The position numbers were made by a program, and so were the translations under genes. Shown here piece after piece: positions 36,871 through 48,159 of a stretch of 64,000 bases of DNA. The stretch is taken from positions 310,001 to 374,000 of the forward strand of contig NW_026931035.1 in the NCBI RefSeq assembly GCF_032062105.1, written 5' to 3'. Origin of the DNA: Saccostrea cucullata (Eukaryota). Position 1 is the first letter of the stretch; every line of letters begins with the position of its first letter. The notes beneath the pieces were generated by a model. That model had not been told where the DNA came from and made no database searches. It saw nothing but the letters and a program-made list of their open reading frames with translations.

Positions 36871-37773
36871 TTAGCAGATCATTGCCAGAGACAATTCAAA
36901 ATTGAATTGATATGCATTTTAATTACTTTAATGATATTTTAAATTGAGGAACATTTTAAAGTCCACCTAAAAAGAGATTTTTGAAATGTATAATTTTCAC
37001 AAGATCAGCTGTTCTTTTTAACAGCTGTGCAGATTAATTTGGCTGTTTGAAGTCTAGAATTTCAAAGTTACAAATATTTAAAAAGAAGTAAAAATATGTA
37101 TTTTTTAAAATTTTAATTGTATCTTTTAGCATGGAATATATTCTAGTGTTTTATGCACAGTCATTAAGTGTTATTTATTTCACTCATCCAAACATTTTTC
37201 ATCTATTTATTATGTTACCCCTTATGGTAATTAAATTTTTAATTACACATCTTAATTCACAATTCTTTAGCATCACACACCTTCCCCGAAAGTGGGACAC
37301 ATCTTAACCAACACATGGTCATTATCTAAAATATTCCATAATAAATCATCATCTTAATTTAGCTCTTCAATTTTTATCTTCTGGATTCCCACCATTATTA
37401 TATGAAGTTGCTCAGAATTAATGAAAACTACATTCCAAAAACTCTTGCCATCTCTGAATTGGGAATCCTTTATCGGCAGGGATAAAAGACATCATTTTGC
37501 CCAGAAAAAGAGCATGTAAAAAATATAATGTGTTTTTATTTGAATTATTTCAATATCAGCTAATGATATGTAATAGTTTAATGCAAGAAATTGATTTAAT
37601 TCTTTGTTTTCCAATTACAGGTGTTTGTGTAAAATGAAAGTAGTTCTTGAACTGCCAATCTACTTTCTAATTAATTAAGATCCTCGTATATATCTTATTT
37701 AATTTGATGTTTATTATAGGGTTAGTCTATTTCTTATCATTAATTGTCAGTGATTAAATGTACTAAGTGGTGT

Positions 37774-37810
37774 AATAAAAATATGCAAATCACCTTCAGT
37801 GTTTTAATGT
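37774..37810 (+). terminator. Candidate hb polyadenylation signal
   Basis: AATAAA at 37774-37779 followed ~20 nt later by CA and a GT/T-rich stretch (CAGTGTTTTAATGTTTTT). Confidence 0.5.
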
Positions 37811-38237
37811 TTTTACAAAGAAGAGAATTCCTGCATAGGACATAAGAAACAGAGAACACACTTCTGATGAACAGTTGCTTACAGCAGAGTGATCCTCATT
37901 CCTCAAAGTTTCAAAATGATCATTATATGCTTATAATACAGCAAAATTGGCTAGTTCATGATTAGCATGTTTTATCAACTCTAATCATACTAATATATAA
38001 TTAGACAGAGAGTTTACCTAGTACATGGAAAATGGGAAAACAAAAAATATTTAATGAACTTAAAATCTATAAAACCCAAGCTTTGATTTTGATAAATCAG
38101 AGTCGTAAAAGAAGGCCACAAGACAGTGTCAATGTAAGATACTTTACCAAATTTTCTCAAATCTGATGAATTTTTTTCAGACTTGAGATACTTTTCCCTT
38201 TGGAAAATACAAAGAAAAAGTTTGCTTGTGAGTTTTA

Positions 38238-38840
38238 AGGCCCTGGGCAACAACACTCACCTGCTTGAGTATATTTGGCCCTGTCTTTGTAACAGAATTC
38301 CCCCATTGGGGCCCCACCCTACCCCTGGGGACCATGATTTCAACAGTTTAGAATCTACGCTATCTTAGGATGCTTCCACATAAGTTTAATCTTTTCTGGT
38401 CTAGTTGTTTCTTAATAAGAAGATTTTTCCGATATATTTCATTGTAAAACTTTGATACCTTTTTGTTGCATCACCATACAAATGGGGACCATGATTTGAA
38501 CAATTAAGAATCTACACTACCCCAGGATGCTTCCACATAAGTTTCATCTTTTCTGGCCCTGTGGATCTTGAGAAGAAGATTTTTCAAGATTTTTCCTATA
38601 TATTTCATTGTTAAACTTTGACTCTCTATTGCAGCCCCACCCTACCCCCGGGGATCATGATTTGAAGAATTTAGAATCTACACTACCCCAGGATGCTTCC
38701 ACATATATTTTATCTTTTCTGGCTAAGTGATTCTTGAGAGGAACATTTTCAAAGATTTTTTCCTGAACAGTTCATTGTAAAACTTTGACTCCTTGTTGTG
38801 GCCCCACCCTAGCCCTGGGGAACATGATTTAAAATCTACA
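38238..38840. repeat. ~160-bp satellite-like tandem units (~4 copies), probably the internal array of a Helentron/HINE-type element
   Basis: Recurring GCCCCACCCTACCCC..GGGGA.CATGATTT..AGAATCTACACTACCCCAGGATGCTTCCACATA units. Degenerate relatives near 48800 and 51570-51990. Confidence 0.7.
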
Positions 38841-40457
38841 GCATGTACCTACTTCTTTCATACTAAGATTACAATTCTTACAAAAAAATGATTTAAGAGA
38901 GGATTCAAACACTTGACTCTTGGATCTTCAGCTGAGAGTATATCTACTTTCATTCTGCTCGTAAATTTTGACATTTAAACTTGAATTTATTACATACTGT
39001 AGTAGAGCACTCTGTGCAGTTCTGTAGGATAAATAATGTAACCAATCAGAGGTCACAAATCCAACAATTCCAATCTAAATTACGTTAGCATATATATGTT
39101 AAAACTATATTGTCTGAAGTTACATGCTTTGAACATAATTGTATCATAGATGGGAGATAAAATCGGTTGGAATGGATTCTAGAAAACCATACTATCTATT
39201 TGCAAAACCCTTTCTTTTTCACAAAATCTTGACAGATTTTGCAGAGTTGTGACACTTGTTCAATATACAATTAGGCCATTCCAATTTTTTTCTATGTTTA
39301 GTGTCCGTGTGCGCCTTGGTTTTTGACACCCCATGAAAAACACCCAATGATCATGAAATGAATGAAAAATGTCCCTTATTTACTTTATACACCTTGAAAG
39401 TCATGATCAACAAATATACACTCAGCATTTGAATTTTTGCTGACTTATATCATTATATGTTTTGTCTCCCTCTTTCACTGAAAGTGGGGGATATTAATTT
39501 GGGTCTGTGCATCCATCTATATTTCTGTCTGTGTGTGCAACATTTTCATTTCTTGATGATAGGGCAAGAAGCCTTAGAGCTCTCTACGCAAAACATTGTC
39601 TAGATGATAAATTTAGTTTTCTTTGAGCTTTGAAAATTCAATATCACAACTTCCAATGGTCTAAAGATGAACCCCGTCAATTTTGAGGTCAAAAGGTCAG
39701 AGATCATACATTTTATACATTCTATTTAACACTTTTTTTTCAAACTGTCTTAAAATCAATCTGAGAATTTGCAATGAAATTTTACATCACAACTCCCCAT
39801 GACCTTTAAAACCTCTCAATTCACAAAAGTCAAGATCAGAAATACAAATAACTTTAAAAAGACTTATATTGTCTTAAAGGCCAAAATATAAAAGGTTATG
39901 GTTGACTTTTTTTCTCTCTGAAATATAGACAAACAGACAGCTAGACAGACAGACCCAAATCAATACACCCTACTTTTAGTAGAAGCAGGGGGATATTTTG
40001 ATTTGTGGCATGCAAGAAAAGTTTTTGTTAAAATGTAAAACGGAAATATAAAACTTCTTAAGTTTCTAAATCAAATTTGCAATTTGTTTTAGTGTATTTG
40101 AATTTGGCACAAATGAAGATCATGGGCTCCTTTTCTTTTTTGATCACTTTTTCCTTCATTCCATCTAATTTGAGTGAGATAAAAATTGCTGGAGCAACCA
40201 GTTCAAACAAAGTATTTATAAGAAGCAAACTTATCTTTTATTTGTGCCAAAACACAAAAAAGATAGAATCTTTACAACTGAAGTGAAGTAACCGTGAAAC
40301 CCTCACCATTTTACTGTTAAAGTTTAACATCTTTGTTTAGAAATAGAAAAAAAAGTCAAAGCAAAGTTTATATTCTTCATTTAAAATGTCAAATAAAATC
40401 ATGCAAACAAAATTGTCAACAAACAAGAACATGTGGTTACTTCTGAATCAGTGTCTA

Positions 40458-40535
40458 TCAAGAAAATGCTCTGCACATGGCCACTGTGTGATCCACCCCA
40501 CAAAACACTCGCAGGATCTCAGCAGGAACCGACAC
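40458..40535 (-). CDS. RCC1L: RCC1L last exon (VSVPAEILRVFCGVDHTVAMCRAFS*)
   Basis: TTTCAG acceptor, phase 0. Resembles the RCC1L/WBSCR16 C-terminus (CGVDH motif). Confidence 0.9.
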   Translation of the reverse strand: MSVPAEILRVFCGVDHTVAMCRAFS

Positions 40536-41253
40536 CTGAAATAAAACCATTCTACCTTTAACTTTCACTTTCATCTTGTAAGCTTTTTCATTTTGTAAGC
40601 TTTTAGGAAAAGTTTGGCCAGAACCTTTATCTTCAAAACTATTCATTACAATTCAATTTTTATAACATATTGCACATTATACAATATTCAATTTTAAAAC
40701 TGCTCTCAAAGTCATAGGGAAAGAAGATTTATAGGGGACTATTTCTTATGGAAGAAGGATATTTAGAAGAAAATTCTTCAAATCTACACATCTGTTAGTT
40801 TTAATATCTTAGAACTTAAGCCCTAGTATATATTGTTACTCAGAGAATATTTTCCACTAATATATGCCAGTAATATTAAATATTGGTTTCAATGTATATT
40901 TTTTTAAAAAATCTTACACATTCACATGTAAATATGTTAAAGATATATATATCAAAACCACTATTTGTACTGCAATTTTGAATCACGCTAGATGAGTACT
41001 TATGTAAAATATCCTTCTAAAAAAATTCTTGATAATGGGTACATATATACCATAATCTTGAAAAAACAAAAAAATTAAAGTTTAAATACCAATGTCAAAA
41101 CACTTTACATTTTGCTGAACAGTCATGACTTTTATTAATGAAGGAAACAATGGTTAGATCATGTACTATCCTAATAAGCTTATATAAAATAGCTTCAGAC
41201 TTCTGTAAAATATATATGAATTATATACGGGTAGTTGTGCTGAAGTTCCTTAC

Positions 41254-41345
41254 CCTGAATGGGTATGTCTGGTCCATTCTCTCCGCGATATAAATTCCCA
41301 GGCAGCCTTTCTGATTCTTTCCCCATACGAACATTTCATAATCAT
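41254..41345 (-). CDS. RCC1L: RCC1L exon (DYEMFVWGKNQKGCLGIYIAERMDQTYPFR)
   Basis: RCC1 repeat VWGKNxxGCLG; AG/GTAAG boundaries with compatible phases. Confidence 0.9.
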
Positions 41346-41734
41346 CTGAAAGAGAAAAACTTGCGAGACCTATGTGTCACACTGCTAACCAGAGTACTTT
41401 GGCCAGGAAATTGAAAACTTTAATATCGGTGGCATATTACTGGTCAAAAAGATGGGGGGAGGGGAGTATTGGAAAATTTGTACTTACTTGAATCTATAAA
41501 TAATATAGGATGCTTTGATTCATAATTCTTTGACTATAATCATGTAATTAGAATTTTAAAAAATTTATATACATATTTCTTTTCATTATATACCCAACTG
41601 CGTAAAACTCAATTTTACTGCTGAATTTACGTAATCACATGACGTCGTGATCCGACTTTCTGGATCACCACACTGTGGTTTTCTGAATCTATATCACCAT
41701 TCTCTGAAACTGATGATGTGTGCTAGCACGTTTC

Positions 41735-41804
41735 GTTGACAGGCGCAGATCATCAGATCAAACTTGAGGCTTCTTGTTTGATCTGATGATCTGTGCCTGT
41801 TAAC
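41735..41804. repeat. 70-nt hairpin (29-bp stem, 12-nt loop)
   Basis: GTTGACAGGCGCAGATCATCAGATCAAAC pairs with GTTTGATCTGATGATCTGTGCCTGTTAAC. Confidence 0.9.
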
Positions 41805-42150
41805 TCTACATACTACGACTCTTCGGATCAAGTTACTTATCTATATGTTTGATCTTCTATTGTGGCCCAATTTACCCAGTGGGTCATGGATTGATTAAAT
41901 TTATAATAATTATCTACAGTACTTCTGCAATACTCTTATCCCCTTCTTTGAAGTGGCCCACTTTCATCCCCAAGATGATCATTTTTCCAGCATGTAAATT
42001 TCACCAAGGGATAAGTCAATAGCTACGGAGGCCTTTGCCCATTATGCAAATTATCCCACATTTCCAACTATCCTTGATGCCCTTGCATACTCTACTAACT
42101 AGACAGTGATTTCTTAAATGCATATCTATATAAATGAAGTATATACACAC

Positions 42151-42324
42151 TTGTTCTGGCTGCAAAGTGGTTGATGCCACAAGTAACGTCCACGACAAGT
42201 TTTTCCGGTGCTAATTCGTTCCGACCAAACAACGTGGGGGGTATTGCCTGGGGGGTGCTGGATGACTGGACATTAGGTCCCAGCCCTAATGATCCAAATC
42301 CCCATACAAGTACCTCATTATTAT
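42151..42324 (-). CDS. RCC1L: RCC1L exon (DNNEVLVWGFGSLGLGP...VTCGINHFAART)
   Basis: RCC1 repeat motifs; TTTCAG acceptor and GTGTGT donor, phase 1/1. Confidence 0.92.
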
Positions 42325-42660
42325 CTGAAATAAACAAGTACCTCACTCTTATCTGAAATATACAATACAAGTACAAGTACCCCATTCTAAGCTGAAATAT
42401 ACAATACAAGTACCTCGTTTTAATCTGAAATATACAAGTACCCCATTCTTATCTGAAATATACAAGTACCCCATTCTTATCTGAAATATACAAGTACTCC
42501 ATTCTTATCTGAAATATACAAGTACGGTACCCCATTCTTATCTGAAATATACAATTACCCCATTCTTATCTGAAATATACAATACAGGTACCTCATTCTT
42601 ATGTGAAATATAAAACGTAAGTACCTCATTCTTATCTCAAATATACAATACAAGTACTTC
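42305..42660. repeat. 28-33 bp minisatellite (TACAAGTACCCCATTCTTATCTGAAATA), ~11 copies
   Basis: Tandem units; the first unit straddles the RCC1L exon/intron boundary. Confidence 0.92.
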
Positions 42661-42932
42661 TATAATATACAATGAATGTGGATAAATTCTTATGAGAAAG
42701 GTAATTAAGCAAGTGCAATAAATATGCTTAAAAATATGCTTATAATGCCATGATATTTTATTTTTATGCTGTTCTTCTTAAAAAAATTTTTACCACGATA
42801 TCTTTTGAAAAATTCAGGTTTAAACCCTGTGTGTTTGAAATAAAAATTTGTTGTTAGTTCCACAGAGATTTTGTTATATATACCTGTTACACTGTACTTT
42901 GAGGGGAACCTGTTTCGGCCCTGTATATATAC

Positions 42933-43196
42933 CTGTCAGCACGGCACACTTTGACCCTGCCGCTGCTGCCTTGGTAACGGGGTGGTGGAGTGGGATGTGT
43001 CTGGGGACGGACACCTGTGTCTCCTCTGTAATCATGGACAACTGTCCGTACTCTGAGTTCCCCCAGCCGAACAGATCCCCTCGCTCCGATACCGCCAGCA
43101 CGCAGTCCGCCTTACTGGCTAGCTGTACGATCCTCTCCCCAGCAATGTCTCCACCCACTAAAGATGGCCGCCACTCACAGTGGTAATGTTGTAAAC
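42933..43196 (-). CDS. RCC1L: RCC1L exon (GLQHYHCEWRPSLVGGDIAGE...LFGWGNSEYGQL...CAVLT)
   Basis: LFGWGNSEY is characteristic of RCC1L; canonical splice sites, phase 1/1. Confidence 0.95.
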
Positions 43197-43516
43197 CTGT
43201 CAGAGAAAGTCATTTATGATATAGCTCATCTTAACTAGGGCATGAGTTAGAGAGAGTAACAACTAAAATGTAAAACATACGATTGTTACCCTTCACTAAA
43301 GTAATTTATTCCATGTTGAGCTTTGTGAATTACTATATTTATATTCTTTGCATTTATCTATCAAATTATATCATAAAGAAAAAATCTTACATTGTTAGTT
43401 TAAATTTGTTTCGAGACATAAAGTACTCATGTATAAAAATAAGTCTGTGAGCAAATGCTCATTAGTAATACCCCTGTGCTAATGTGAATATACCCTCTCA
43501 TATTCACATGTTTATT

Positions 43517-43677
43517 TAAGGAATAACCGTCTTATTTTTCGATTTCATGAAGTGATCAATGGATTGGCTTGCATGATAATTTGCATAAACGCCGAAGGCA
43601 TTTATGCATAAAATTATCACGCAAGCCAATCGATTGATCATCTTCATGAAATTGAAAAATCTGACAGTTATTCCTTA
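43517..43677. mobile_element. 160-bp fully palindromic foldback MITE
   Basis: TAAGGAATAAC...GCATAAACGCC-GAA-GGCATTTATGC...GTTATTCCTTA; the arms are complementary along the whole length. Confidence 0.8.
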
Positions 43678-44055
43678 TATTTACATGCTTTGATTCCGCC
43701 AATCCACGTGCTCCAAGCACTGCTTCTGTCTAGCTGTTTGTCCCGCCCTGCACGTGGTTTTTTTTGGAACCGCACCAAAACATTGATGGGGGAATAAAGT
43801 ACATTTACAATTGGTAATTTTATCTCGGACAAAGACATTAGAAATGTAAATACACAGAAATGAATCCCACCATATGGCATGCCTAAACAAAGAGTGTGGT
43901 AAAATTTTCAATCAGTTGTTGACAAACTGTGGTGGAAATTTGTTATGGACAGACACATAGAGAACATGGGTAAAACAGTACACCCCCTCTCAATTGGAGG
44001 GGGAGTATAAGAAATCTACAGTTTATTTATTTGTGTTATATATATATTTACCTAC

Positions 44056-44140
44056 CTGTTTGACCATCAGCTCCTAGACCACAACTGTACACCTGTCCAC
44101 TGCTCGTCAAGAAAAAAGAGTGGTCTTGTCCACAGACAAC
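44056..44140 (-). CDS. RCC1L: RCC1L exon (VVCGQDHSFFLTSSGQVYSCGLGADGQTG)
   Basis: CGQDHS...GADGQTG motif; TTTTAG acceptor, GTAGGT donor. Confidence 0.95.
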
Positions 44141-44773
44141 CTAAAAAAAAAATAGGAGTACATTTAATGAAAAAACCTGAAACAATAGGAGTACATTTAC
44201 TGACACAGTCTGACAAAATAGGAGTACATTTACTGACACAACCTGAAACAATAACTGTACATTTACTGACACAACCTGACACAATACGATTACATTTACT
44301 GAAACAACCTGAAACAATAGGGTACATTTACTGACACATCCTAAAACAATAGGTAAACATTTACTGACACAACCTCAAACAATAGGAGTACATTTACTGA
44401 CATAGCCTAAAACAATAGGTGTACATTTACTGACACAACCTAAAACAATAGGTGTAAATTTACTGACATAACCTGAAACAATAGGTGTAAATTTACTGAC
44501 ACAGCCTAAAACAAAAGGAGTACATTTACTGACACAACCTAAAACAATAGGTGTAAATTTACTGACATATCCTAAAACAATAGGTGTACATTTACTGACA
44601 CAACCTGAAACAATAGAGTACATTTACTGACACATCCTAAAACAATAGGTAAACATTTACTGACACAACCTCAAACAATAGGTGTACATTTACTGACAAA
44701 ACCTAAAACAATAGGTGTACATTTACTGACACAACCTGAAAAAATAGGTGTACATTTACTGACACAACCTGAA

Positions 44774-46246
44774 ACTAGAAATATGTCCATAGGACATGAA
44801 TGCCCCGCCAAGGATATATTAGTAAAGCAACATGAAAATTCGTATGTGTATAAAATTTGATCAGTTTGGTTCAGGTAGGGGTTATAGTTACTCTGGGAAT
44901 AAAAATGTATATAGATCCAGCATCCGAAGCAAGTCTGGTAGTGTCCATCCCTAGATGCATCATCCATGCAAGTTTGGTTCAGGTAGGACTTATAGTTACT
45001 TGGGAAGGAAAATGTAGGTCAGATCCAGCATCCGAAGCAAGTCTGGTAGTGTCCATCCCTTGATGCATCAACCATGCAAGTTTGGTTCAGGCAGGGCTTA
45101 TAGTTACTAGGGAATAAAAATGTAGGTCAGATCCAGCATCCGAAGCAAGTCTGGTATTGTCCATCCCTTGATGCATCATCCATGCAAGTTTGGTTCAGGC
45201 AGGGCTTATAGTTAATGGGAATGAAAATATAGGTCAGATCCAGCATCCGAAGCAAGTCTGGTAGTGTCCATCCCTTGATGCATCATCCATGCAAGTTTGG
45301 TTCAGGCAGGACTTATAGTTACTTGGGAATGAAAATATAGGTCAGATCCAGCATCTGAAGCAAGTCTGGTAGTGTCCATCCCTAGATGCATCATCCATTA
45401 AAGTATGGTTCAGGTAGGGCTTATAGTTAATGGGAATGAAAATATAGGTCAGATCCAGCATCCGAAGCAAGTCTGGTAGTGTCCATCCCTTGATGCATCA
45501 TCCATGCAAGTTTGGTTCAGGCAGGACTTATAGTTACTTGAGAATGATCATATATGTCAGATCCAGCATCCGAAGCAAGTCTGGTAGTGTCAATCCCTAG
45601 ATGCATCATCCATGCTAGTTTGGTTCAGGTAGGGCTTATAGTTCCTTGGAAATGGACCTACTCCAAAAACTTTAACCTGGTCACTCATCTGGATAATGTA
45701 GGTCAGATCCAGCATCCGAAGCAAGTCTAGTAGTGTCCATCCTTAGATGCATCACCCATGCAAGTTTGATCCCAGTAGGGCTTATAGCTCCTTAGGAATG
45801 GACTTGCTCCAAAAACTTAACCTGGTCACTCATCTGGAAAATGTAGGTCAGATCCAGCATCTGAAGCAAGTCTGGTAGTGTTCATCCTGAGATGCATTAT
45901 CCATGCAAGTTTGTATCAACATGTGAAGTTTGATAACACCATCTTGAATGGTATGTTTAAAACTGAGCTGAAATACTTTAAGAAAAGTGAAGTCAAGGTC
46001 AAAGGAAAGGTCAAGGTCAAAAAATGTTGATGCAGTTGCATAGCTCTCATCAATATCTATCAGCATTATGAAGTTTGATGAAAATATCTTGCATAATTTC
46101 TTTGAAACTTAGCTATAAACAGAGCTAAACGCAAAGTGTGACGGAAGGACAGAAGGACGGAAGGACAGAAGGACGGAAAGACGGAAAGACGGAAGATGGA
46201 CATGACAAACACTATATGCCCCGGCCATATTCATGGCGGGGCATAA
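44774..46246. mobile_element. Non-autonomous Helentron/HINE-type element with internal 108/146-bp tandem repeats
   Basis: Begins ACTAGAAA..ATGCCCCGCC. Contains nine AGATCCAGCATC-containing units, a GACGGAA-type microsatellite and a terminal ATGCCCCGGCCAT..ATGGCGGGGCAT hairpin. Inserted in an A-run (TT on the other strand) with no evident TSD. Confidence 0.75.
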
Positions 46247-46362
46247 AAATAGGTAAACATTTACTGACACAACCTCAAACAATAGGTGAACATTTCCTGA
46301 CACAACCTCAAACAATAGGTGAACATTTCCTGACACAACCTGAAAAAATAGGTGTACATTAA

Positions 46363-46953
46363 AGTGGCACAGTGACGCACAAGGGGGAAAATTGACAAAT
46401 GTAGAATTTTCACATAACCTCTGTAAATTTTGTTCAATTCCTTAAAGTATTAGGTTTCAGAAAATTACAGGTTTCAGAACCTAAAAATTAAAATTTTATG
46501 GGGAAAAATAAAAGTAAAAATAATTTCTGTCTGCCCCAGAACGAAAATATTGCAAAATACCCTTCTTCCTTCCTATCATACGCGTGTGCAGAAAAGTGTT
46601 TAATAAGTTTCCATAGTTACCATGGTCTCAGGTATCCACGAATGAATATAAGTAAACCAAAAAATTTGATGCAATCTTTTTAAAAAGTTGTTAGAAGATA
46701 TTTCTCACCTTTGCAAGCTCCAGTTGAATTTTGTTTACAAGTTTGAGCTAAAAATAAGAGTAGCGTGACCTTGACATATACGAAACAACGAAACGGTTAA
46801 TACAACCTTTGTTTTTCCGGCACTTATATTGTGCAGTCAATTCTTGCAGTTGAATTGTCATATCTTCGCTATATACTCATAATTTTCGTAAGTCTTTCTC
46901 TGTATGCTACAGAATCTTAAAATTAAGATATGAATTTGACTCACTGTGCCGCT
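46363..46953. mobile_element. Non-autonomous TIR DNA transposon at a TTAA-like site (Kolobok/piggyBac-like)
   Basis: TIRs AGTGGCACAGTGA / TCACTGTGCCGCT; flanks TTAA and TTTA; interrupts the 33-bp array. Confidence 0.7.
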
Positions 46954-48159
46954 TTTACTGACACACCCTAAAACAAGAGGTGAACATTTACTGACACAAC
47001 CTCAAACAATAGGTGTAAATTTACTGACACAACCTCAAACAATAGGTAAACATTTACTGACACAACCTCAAACAAGAGGTGAACATTTACTGACACAACC
47101 CAAGTTAATAGGTGTACATTTACTGACACAACCTGAAAAAATAGGTGTACATTTACTAACACACCCTAAAACAAGAGGTGAACATTTACTGACACAACCT
47201 CAAACAATAGGTATAAATTTACTGACACAACCTCAAACAATAGGTAAACATTTACTGACACAACCTCAAACAATAGATGAACATTTACTGACACAACCCA
47301 AGTTAATAGGTATAAATTTACTGACACAACCTCAAACAAGAGGTGAACATTTACTGACACAACCTCAAACAATAGGTAAACATTTACTGACACAACCTCA
47401 AACAATAGGTGTACATTTACTGACACAACCTCAAACAATAGGTAAACATTTACTGACACAACCTCAAACAATAGGTGAACATTTACTGACACAACCCAAG
47501 TTAATAGGTATAAATTTACTGACACAACCTCAAACAAGAGGTGAACATTTACTGACACAACCTCAAACAATAGGTAAACATTTACTGACACAACCTCAAA
47601 CAATAGGTGTACATTTACTGACACACCTCAAACAAGAGGTGAACATTTACTGACACAACCTCAAACAATAGGTGTAAATTTACTGACACAACCTCAAACA
47701 ATAGGTGTACATTTACTGACACAACCTGAAAAAATAGGTGTACATTTACTGACACAACCTCAAACAAGAGGTGAACATTTACTGACACAACCTCAAACAA
47801 TAGGTGTATAAACAACAACTTTTTAAGAGACAAATCCTAAGCCTTCAAAGGACTCTAAACCATACTAATATACATTAAATGAAAATAGTTGCACAAACAG
47901 ATTTTAATTTAAAGCTTGATTTTAAGATTCTTAAAATTAAATACATGTAATAATAACCACATCCGTTGGATTTAAATGCCATGTGTTCAACAACCACCCA
48001 GGCAAAAGAATGGCTTAGAGCAAATATAGCAAGTATTACCAAATTGTAGGTGTTCATTTCATAGTTGTTTTTGAAGGGATATTAACATTTATTTATTAAT
48101 ATAATATTAATAATAACATTAATATTATAAAATTAGACTTTATCCTGTAAATGCCATTG

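Larger units (their letters stand above)
44141..47808. repeat. 33-bp minisatellite array (AGGTGTACATTTACTGACACAACCTSAAACAAT) interrupted by two transposon insertions
   Basis: Array blocks at 44141-44773, 46247-46360 and 46954-47808. Confidence 0.95.

Noticed and set aside
42305-42660. let-7-like TACCTCA matches in the RCC1L minisatellite
   Set aside because: They are antisense to RCC1L, mostly intronic, and beyond the likely hb poly(A) site.
46946-47833. Long ORFs (235 aa on +, 152 aa on -) with LLTQPQTIG / VVSVNVHLLFE repeats
   Set aside because: These are translations of a 33-bp minisatellite inside an RCC1L intron; there is no independent coding evidence.
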